Positions 57,117 to 64,000 of a stretch of 64,000 bases of DNA are shown piece by piece. A program made the translations under genes and the position numbers. Every line of letters begins with the position of its first letter. The stretch's first letter is position 1. Under the pieces are notes generated by a model. It was not told where the DNA came from and did no database searches. It worked only from the letters and a program-made list of their open reading frames with translations. Source of the DNA: an uncultured Chloroflexia bacterium (GTDB taxonomy: Bacteria; Chloroflexota; Anaerolineae; JAAYZQ01); NCBI GenBank assembly GCA_963700285.1, contig CAVOXA010000005.1, positions 96,001 through 160,000 of the forward strand, written 5' to 3'.

Positions 57117-58256
57117 ATGGCCGTAGACGTATATGAGCGATTGGCACACTTTCTTGATGACCTCCCCAGTGGCTATCCGTCCACAGAGTCCGGAGTCGAG
57201 CTGCGCATCCTGAGGCGGCTCTTTACCCCCGAAGAGGCCGAGCTGGCCATGCACCTGAGCCTCATCGCCGAGGAGGCCCGGGTCGTCGCCAGGCGGGCCA
57301 AACTCCCGGTGGGTGAGGTCAGCCAGCGGCTCAAAGAAATGGAGCAGAAAGGCTTGGTATTTGTCCAGTATGGAGCGGGCAAGCCGCCCCAATACATGGC
57401 CACCCATTTCGCCGTCGGCTTTTACGAGTACCAGGTGAACAAGCTAGAACCGGAACTCGCTCATGACCTGGACGAGTACTTTGCTACCTTCTTTCGTCAT
57501 GACCTATGGCAGAAAGCTCCGCAGATCCGCACGGTTCCGGTCGGCGAAAGCATCGACGCCCAGTTGGCGGTGATGGACTATGAGCGAGCTGAGAGCTTGG
57601 TCCGGGCCCAGCACAAATTCTCCGTCGCCCCCTGCGTCTGCCGTCAGGAGAAACAGCTTACTGGCGACGGCTGTGACAAGCCGCTAGAAGTCTGCATGGG
57701 CTTTGGCGATGGAGCAGAGTTCTATATCCGCAACGGCTGGGGACGGGCCATTGATCTGGCGGAGGCCCTGGCTGTCCTGAAGCAGGCCGAGGAGGCTGGG
57801 TTGGTGCTCCAGCCCAGCAATTCCAAGGACGCGGCCTTTATCTGCGCCTGCTGTGGCTGTTGCTGCGGTGTCCTGACCAACGTGAAGCGCCACCCCAAGC
57901 CGGCGAGCATCATGTCCAGCGCCTTTGTGGCCGTCCTGGACGGGGACCTGTGCGACGGTTGCGGGATCTGCGGTACGCGCTGCCAGATGGAGGCCATCGC
58001 CGTCGACAACGGCTATGCAGCGCTCGATCTGGACCGCTGCATTGGCTGCGGCCTGTGTGTTACCACCTGTCCCTCTGAGGCCTTGAGCCTGGCGCGCAAG
58101 CCCGAGGCGGATCAGTCCTTTGTGCCCAAGGACTTTGTCGAAACCACCATCCGGCTGGGCCAGGCCCGGGGAAAACTGGGCACGCCTGAGTTGATCGGCA
58201 TGATGGTGCGCTCCAAAGTCGACCGCCTACTGGCGCCGAGAGCAGACTCCTATTAA
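57117..58256 (+). CDS. 4Fe-4S binding protein with N-terminal HTH-like region
   Basis: CVCR...C..P...C, ICACCGCCCG and two CxxCxxCxxxC ferredoxin motifs; AAAGGAG RBS. Confidence 0.88.
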   Translation: MAVDVYERLAHFLDDLPSGYPSTESGVELRILRRLFTPEEAELAMHLSLIAEEARVVARRAKLPVGEVSQRLKEMEQKGLVFVQYGAGKPPQYMATHFAVGFYEYQVNKLEPELAHDLDEYFATFFRHDLWQKAPQIRTVPVGESIDAQLAVMDYERAESLVRAQHKFSVAPCVCRQEKQLTGDGCDKPLEVCMGFGDGAEFYIRNGWGRAIDLAEALAVLKQAEEAGLVLQPSNSKDAAFICACCGCCCGVLTNVKRHPKPASIMSSAFVAVLDGDLCDGCGICGTRCQMEAIAVDNGYAALDLDRCIGCGLCVTTCPSEALSLARKPEADQSFVPKDFVETTIRLGQARGKLGTPELIGMMVRSKVDRLLAPRADSY

Positions 58257-58355
58257 GCGCCCGAAGAGCGGAGCATCCTTGATGTGGAACGGGTTTTTCC
58301 TGGGCGTCCTATGTCCGTTCGCATCGAGGGTGCTTTCTCCGCGGGGAGGGGATAC

Positions 58356-59777
58356 TCATGCCCCAAGCTCCTCTCGCCCGATACGGATAATCTCGTCAAG
58401 GATGCGGTCAACGTCTTCGTGCGTCGTCCGTAGATTCATGAAACAGGCCCGCAGGCAGAACTTTCCGCTCACCTGCGCCCGGCCAAGGAATGCGACATCC
58501 TCGGAGAGCAGGCGGGCGAGCACGCGCTCGTTCTGCGAGTCTGAGAGTTCGCGGCATCGCACGCAGACCGCATTCAGCGTGACCGGCGCCATCAGCTCCA
58601 ATGACGGCTCGATGCGGGCCCGCTCCCCCATGTAGGCGGCCAGGTCGCACAGATCATCCATCGCCTGGGCGTAGGCCTTTCGCCCGAAGGCGCGTAGCGA
58701 CCACCAGACCTTCAGCGCCTTGAAGCTGCGCGAAAGTTGGGGACCATATTCGGCATAATTTATCAAGTCGGCATCGGACTCCATCGACAGGTAGCTGGGG
58801 ACAAAACTGAAGGTGGATTTCATAGCCTGTGCATCGCGCACCAGAAGGCAGCCGGCCTCCAGCGGAGCAAACAGGAACTTGTGCGGGTCCAGCGACAGGG
58901 AATGAGCCCGGCCTGCCGGCTGCAGCTTGGGTCGCAGCTTGTCACTGAGAACCGCTAGGGCGCCATAGGCCCCGTCGATGTGCAGCCACAGGCCTTCCTC
59001 CCCGCAGAAATCTGCCAGCTCATCCAATGGATCGATGGCTCCGGTCGTAACGGTCCCGGCTGACCCAACCACGCAGAAGGGGCTCAAGCCCGCGCGCCGG
59101 TCCTCCAGGACCGCCTCCTCAAGCAGATCCATGCGCATCCGGAACTGTTTGTCGCACGGGATGTGCCGGACGTGGTCCAGCCCCAGTCCCAAAATCACGG
59201 CTGCCTTGTCGCTGCTGTTGTGGACCTGGTCCGAAAGGTAGAGCCTCAGCGGTGAGTTTCTCGACTGGATCCCTTCCCTTCGCGCAGAAGCCCCGAGATA
59301 GGTGTCACGAGCGATGGTCAATGCCGTCAGGTTGGCCATGGAACCGCCGCTGGTGATGATGCCGCCGCTGCCCTCGGGAAAGGAGAAAAGCTCGTGGAAC
59401 CAGGAGATGACGCGCTGTTCGATGGCGTTGGCCGCCGGTGACAGCGTCCACATGTTGCAGTTCTGATTCAGGGTGCTGGCCAGCGCATCAGCGATAGCTG
59501 AGATGCCGTTGGGCGAGGGCAGTACGTAGGGCAGAAAGCGTGGATGCGCTACGTTGGTGGAATTCGCTACGATAACCTCACGGAACTCGTGAAACAATTC
59601 CTCGATCGTTTTCCCCTCTTCGGGGAAAGGCTCATTCAGGATCGTCTGCATCGCCTCCCGGTTGATCTCGGGCAGCACTGGCCGGCCACGAAGCTCGGCT
59701 TCATAGTCCGCCAGAAACTCTCCCAGGTGGCGTGCTGTTTCGCGGTGTTCTTCAGGCTCAAACAAGAGCGTATTCAT
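58356..59777 (-). CDS. PLP-dependent group II amino-acid decarboxylase
   Basis: HPRF, TSGGS.AN, GTV.TGAIDPL, WLHIDGAYG and DPHK (PLP lysine). Confidence 0.92.
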   Translation of the reverse strand: MNTLLFEPEEHRETARHLGEFLADYEAELRGRPVLPEINREAMQTILNEPFPEEGKTIEELFHEFREVIVANSTNVAHPRFLPYVLPSPNGISAIADALASTLNQNCNMWTLSPAANAIEQRVISWFHELFSFPEGSGGIITSGGSMANLTALTIARDTYLGASARREGIQSRNSPLRLYLSDQVHNSSDKAAVILGLGLDHVRHIPCDKQFRMRMDLLEEAVLEDRRAGLSPFCVVGSAGTVTTGAIDPLDELADFCGEEGLWLHIDGAYGALAVLSDKLRPKLQPAGRAHSLSLDPHKFLFAPLEAGCLLVRDAQAMKSTFSFVPSYLSMESDADLINYAEYGPQLSRSFKALKVWWSLRAFGRKAYAQAMDDLCDLAAYMGERARIEPSLELMAPVTLNAVCVRCRELSDSQNERVLARLLSEDVAFLGRAQVSGKFCLRACFMNLRTTHEDVDRILDEIIRIGREELGA

Positions 59778-60384
59778 GGATTGTCCGCCTCGATTGTCCA
59801 GGATTTTACATCATGCCTGGTGTACCGGTGAACGCCCGCAGTTGTTTACCGTCGACACTGGGTACATTATGCAACCCGGTGCCTTTTCTGTCAAACCGAT
59901 GCTCCTAAGGTTTTGCCACGACCGGCAACAGCACCAATGGGTCGGCAGTGCGCCAGGGCTTGATCGAGCTGGGTGCTCTGGCAGACATCTCTGCATCAAG
60001 ACCCTGAGACATGCCTGGACCGCATCCCGGCCCGACCCGTATCCTCCACCGCCCTCCAGCGGTATATGATTGAACAATCCCAGAGGCCGGTCGCAAGCGT
60101 TTGTACTCTAAGCTGCCTGGTGTTATACTTCTCCGGAGACAACAAGACCGCCTCGCGGCCCTCACCAGCCCGAGGCAAGACCCCAATGCCCGGTGGGCGT
60201 CAGGGCAGCCGTATCGTATGCAACTGCTTTCTGCCTGCCGCAAAGGGTGATACTTGATGCGTGGTGGTTGATCTGGGCCGTCGATCTGCCACCCTCAGCG
60301 ATCGATGTGTGTCGATCGGGAGGAGCCGGGTTGCGACCCGCAGTGCCCCTTGATCTCAAGGGGACAACTTGCCGGGAGGGACAG

Positions 60385-61134
60385 ATGCCGGAGAATCGGG
60401 TGGCACCCGCAGGCGACATAGGCAGGGAATCTGGCGCACGCATGGCGGCCAACGCTGCGCTCCTGGTGAGCGATGATCGCGAGGTGGGCGGCCTGTGGGC
60501 CTACGCCCTGCGCCAGATGGGGCTGGAGGTCACACTGGCCGCCTCGGCCGCCGACGCGCTGGCCAGGTGGGAGCAGGACGCCTTTGACCTGTTCGTGATC
60601 GACGTCTGCGGACCGGCCCTGGATGGCATCGAGCTCGCCCGGCGACTGCGGGCCGGGGCGGTCAATCCCATCCTGCTGTTCACCGCCAACCGCGATGAAG
60701 GGCACACCCTGGCGGCCTACCAGGCGGGGGTGGACGAAAGCGTCGTCAAGCCGGTCAGCCCCTCGGTCTTTCTGGCCAAGGTGCGGGTCTGGCTGCGCCG
60801 TTCTTGGACAGTGCCGGCCAGGGCTCTCCATACGGTTCAGGCGGGCAAGCTGTGCCTGGATCCAGCCAGGCGACAACTGGTCACCGAGAGCGGTTCCATC
60901 ATCAAGCTCACCAACCTTGAGTTTCGGGTGCTGCACCTGTTGATGAGCCACCGTGGCCAGGTGCTCCCCGTCGAGCTGATCGTGGACCGCGTGTGGGGTT
61001 ATAGCGGTGGCGGCGACAGCGTTCTGCTCAAGAACGTGGTCTACCGCCTGCGACGCAAGATGGAGCCCGATCCTGGAGAACCTCGCTATCTGCAGACGGT
61101 AGCCGGAGAGGGCTACGTCTTTTACTCAAGCTGA
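60385..61134 (+). CDS. Orphan OmpR/PhoB-family response regulator
   Basis: Receiver domain (SDD, VID, DG.EL.RRLR, KP) plus winged helix (LT.LEFR.L, V.RLR.K.E.DP..P.YL.TV.GEGY). Confidence 0.9.
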   Translation: MPENRVAPAGDIGRESGARMAANAALLVSDDREVGGLWAYALRQMGLEVTLAASAADALARWEQDAFDLFVIDVCGPALDGIELARRLRAGAVNPILLFTANRDEGHTLAAYQAGVDESVVKPVSPSVFLAKVRVWLRRSWTVPARALHTVQAGKLCLDPARRQLVTESGSIIKLTNLEFRVLHLLMSHRGQVLPVELIVDRVWGYSGGGDSVLLKNVVYRLRRKMEPDPGEPRYLQTVAGEGYVFYSS

Positions 61135-61259
61135 AGGCGCCCCGCCCGGCGCGGCCCCGCCCTGTTTGGACTTTTCCCCGAGGCGGTGCTTAGGCCGTGC
61201 AGCCCAGCCGGCCCCTGTCTGTGACCCCTTTGCGACCGGCAAGATTCCTCTTGCGACCC

Positions 61260-62027
61260 CCTACCAATGTGACCGTGCATTTCACCTGCTCTGATGCTCT
61301 GTCCGGCATTCCAGCTGGGGCCTGCCCCGCGGACCAGGTCTTGAGCGCTGAAGGTCTGGCAGTGTCTTCCACGGCGCAGACGGTGACGGATGCGGCTGGG
61401 AATACAAGTGATCCGAGCAACGTAGTCACAGTCAGTATCAACAAGACCAAGCCGAGCATCACTTGGAGCAGCGATAAGCCCGCTGACGGTGAGTCGTACT
61501 ACTTCGGCTTCGTTCCGCCAAAGCCAACCTGCACGGCGGCTGACGGCCTGTCCGGCCCCAATGGCTGCACCGTGACCGGGTATGGCACGACTGTGGGCAG
61601 CCACACCATGACTGCGACGGCCTACGATGTCGCCGGGAACAGCAAAGTTGAAACGCGCGCCTATACCGTCCTGGCCTGGACGCTCAATGGCTTCTTCCAG
61701 CCGGTAGATATGAACGGGGTCTGGAACGTAGTCAAGGGTGGTTCCACTGTTCCGCTCAAGTTCGAGGTGTTCGCAGGGTCGACGGAGCTGACCGATGTCT
61801 CTGTCGTCGACAAGTTCACTGTCAAGGGAGTCGCCTGCCCGACAACGGGGGCTATAACCGACGACATCGAGCTTGTGACGACCGGCGCTACGGTGCTCCG
61901 CTACGACTTCACCGCGGGACAGTTCATCCAGAACTGGCAGACGCCCAAGAAGTCCGGAGTTTGTTATCAGGTCACAATGACCACCGACGACGGCTCAACT
62001 CTAAGCGCCAACTTCAAGCTGAAGTAA
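61260..62027 (+). pseudogene. 5'-truncated secreted Ig-like protein with C-terminal PxKF-type domain
   Basis: Begins mid-domain (NVTVHFTCSDALSG) with no signal peptide or RBS; GFFQPVD...VKGGSTVPLKF...LRYD...QFI.NW.T. Confidence 0.7.
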
Positions 62028-62320
62028 GAGCGTCTGACGACATTCGCCGTACCGAGGGGCACCGGCCAATGGCCAGTGCCCCTTCCCATTTCTTGGCAGC
62101 CGGCCAGCGTCCGGCGCCGCTGAGAGGATGGGCGCCTGGGCTGCAGGTCGCGGAAGGTTCAGAGACTGCGACCCACGACGGCGAATTGTCACCGGCTGAG
62201 ATTGCCTTTGTGACCCGTCTGTGACCGATTCCGCCCTTGTCCCAGCCATGGGCGCCCGCGGCCTGGCAACTCACCCTCCCGGCCAGAATTCCCTGCTCGC
62301 TCTTGACCTGCGACGGCGGC

Positions 62321-62600
62321 CTACGGCCGCACCGCGCGGGCGGCCAGCGGCAGGTACACCTCCCATCTGGGAATCAGGGAAACGCGGGCCAGCTTCTGCC
62401 GGCTGGGGTCGGTGGCCCACAGAACCTCCCGGCTCTCGGCCACACCATGCGGAGCGCCGACCGCCGGCAACTGGTAGATCAGCCAGCCACCGTCGTTCCT
62501 CACCGGGTTGGCCATACTGCCCGTCCAGGCCAGGACGCCAGCGCGGACGGTACCCTCTGCAGTCTGGACCGGGCCATCGCCGCCCCTGGCCTGGAGCATA
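62321..62600 (-). pseudogene. 3' remnant of a secreted protein with YLPL tail
   Basis: Frame ends ...WEVYLPLAARAVRP; its upstream part is overlapped by the phage-like ORF on the opposite strand. Confidence 0.45.
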
Positions 62601-62627
62601 GCGAAGGCACACCCGAGGCCCAAACCT

Positions 62628-63134
62628 ATGAGCAAACGCCGCTGCGCTGCCTCTACCAGCAAGGGCCAGTCCTGCTGCGCCTGGGCCGTCCACAATACGG
62701 AGCCCCCGCTGTGCAGTGCGCACGGCGGCGGTGAGCGCCCCGTCGGCGCACCCTCCGGCAACAACAACGCCGAGGTGCACGGCTTCTACTCCCAGCGAAG
62801 GCCGAGTCCGGGTGCCTCGATGGACTCAGACCCGGACACCAGCTCGCGCTTCTACTTGGTCGATCCCGACCTGGTCACCATCAACGACGCCGTTGCCGAC
62901 CTGACCGACAAGCCGCGCCGCCTGGACCGCCTCATGGCCCAGCAGGAGTGAAGCGGCAGCAACGGCCAGCTGGCCTACCTCCTTGCCATCTACACCCAGG
63001 CCTCCAGACGCCTGTCGCGCATGGTCCGCGACCGCCGCGCGCTGTCGGGAGAGGCCGCCGACGGCATCTCCGGCGCGCTGGCCATCGCCCTGGACGAGCT
63101 GGTCACGGAGCTGGGGCTGGCGCCCGAAGACTGA
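62628..63134 (+). pseudogene. Phage terminase-small-subunit-like (C..C..C..HGG, GAPxGNxNA..HG) gene with an internal TGA
   Basis: MSKRRCAASTSKGQSC.AWA....PPLCSAHGGG...GAPSGNNNAEVHGFY; TGA at 62949-62951, then the frame continues 60 codons (…RALSGEAADGISGALAIALDEL…) to TGA 63132-63134. Confidence 0.55.
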
Positions 63135-63137
63135 ACG

Positions 63138-63230
63138 GTGGACCCCAAGCGGCGCCTGATCTGCGCCCTGAAGAATGTGCTGGTCGACCCCCACCTCTTC
63201 TCCCGCCACGTCCTGAAGCGCCCCCAGAGT
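63138..63230 (+). pseudogene. Possible N-terminal stub of a following phage gene (terminase-large-subunit position)
   Basis: GTG 3 nt after the previous stop; LKNVLVDPHLFSRHVLKRP with gene-like codon usage that breaks down near 63225. Confidence 0.3.
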
Positions 63231-63284
63231 TTCCCACCGCCCGATGCCCTTCTGACAGACTCAATCTCTGTCCTTGACGATTTC

Positions 63285-63298
63285 AGAACAAATGTTCT
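63285..63298. promoter_or_regulatory. LexA (SOS) box
   Basis: AGAAC-AAAT-GTTCT, matching GAAC-N4-GTTC, just downstream of TTGACG (63274-63279). Confidence 0.65.
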
Positions 63299-63682
63299 AT
63301 CGCACCTCCATCACAACAGAGACTGCGCGGGGTGGGACACGGGCAGGCTGGAACGACCCCCAGCCCTATGACAGCGACTGGGGTTGGTGGATCGAGCACC
63401 AGCTCGGCCGAACACTGGACCAACCTGCGGCAGCCTGCCGTCCAGACCGACTTTTCCCTTCGAAAACCGCCACCGGCTCCGCCGGGCCCTGACGATCAAT
63501 CCAACCTCGCCCCGGACACAACAGGTCAGCACACGTGCCTCGGGTTGACTTGTTCCCGATTCTGGCTAGAATACATGCAGTCCTGATTGGCGAAGGGCTG
63601 GCCAGGTCCTGCGACGGGCGCGGGGCCGCAGCCCAGAGCCGTTTCCGTCGACCCCCAAAACCAGGTCCTGGAGGAGTAGCCG

Positions 63683-64000
63683 ATGTCGAATCGTTGGATG
63701 TGTTTCTCAGTCCTGTTCCTCGTTCTCTTGGTTATCGCGCCCGGGGGCGCGCTGGCCCAGCCCCCGCCCCCATCAGAATCTCCCCGAGGAGCTCCAGAAT
63801 CTGGCGCCCGCGGCCTGTGACCCCGACGGTACCCAGGCCAGCGGCGCCATCTACCGCATCTGCATGCCGCCCGGCGCCCTGTGGAACGGCGACCTGGTGG
63901 TCTATGCCCACGGCTACGTGTCGCCCACCGAGCCGGTAGGCATCCCCGAGGACCAGATGGTCCTGCCCGGCACCGGGCATCTCGTTGGCCGACGTTGTCA
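63683..64000 (+). CDS. Secreted alpha/beta-hydrolase-like protein, 5' part, with apparent frameshifts
   Basis: GGAGGAG RBS; signal peptide MSNRWMCFSVLFLVLLVIAPGGALAQ; after a shift in the C-run near 63765 it reads GAIYRICMP...WNGDLVVYAHGY; second shift near 63977. Confidence 0.7.

Noticed and set aside
57841-57870. CACCGCCCG Cys cluster as an unusual or selenium site
   Set aside because: All are ordinary Cys codons, and the motif is typical of this Fe-S protein family.
63755-63985. Phase variation in the C- and G-runs of the last gene
   Set aside because: The runs are short and two shifts occur within about 220 bp; more likely homopolymer errors.

Overview
A GC-rich bacterial window that looks like Chloroflexota (Anaerolineae-like). 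The inference rests on Pro/Thr-rich lipoprotein linkers, C-terminal (Y/L)LP(L/V)xxR tails, a GAAC-N4-GTTC LexA box, several GT-C glycosyltransferases and a sortase. It has four parts. (1) 0-17 kb: housekeeping genes (sortase, tgt, uppP, birA, trmI, cooC, PPIase), plus a peroxiredoxin-glutaredoxin fusion that the ORF track truncates because an in-frame TGA sits at the catalytic Cys position, followed by a SECIS-like hairpin (a probable selenoprotein). (2) 17.5-33 kb: a surface-glycan locus with O-antigen-ligase-like proteins (one fused to a glycoside-hydrolase-like domain), GT-C/GT39, GT4, GtrA and UDP-GlcA decarboxylase. (3) 33-44 kb, minus strand: two non-pyrrolysine MttB-family methyltransferases, an Opp-type ABC importer, a headless second copy of the binding protein and a C45 Ntn-hydrolase, preceded by a structured leader. 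(4) 46-64 kb: three tandem secreted repeat proteins sharing a C-terminal tail motif, Fe-S, decarboxylase and response-regulator genes, and a decayed end with gene remnants and a phage terminase-like relic. Several single-base frameshifts look like sequencing indels. I saw no rRNA, tRNA or CRISPR array. All family calls come from motif recognition, not database searches.
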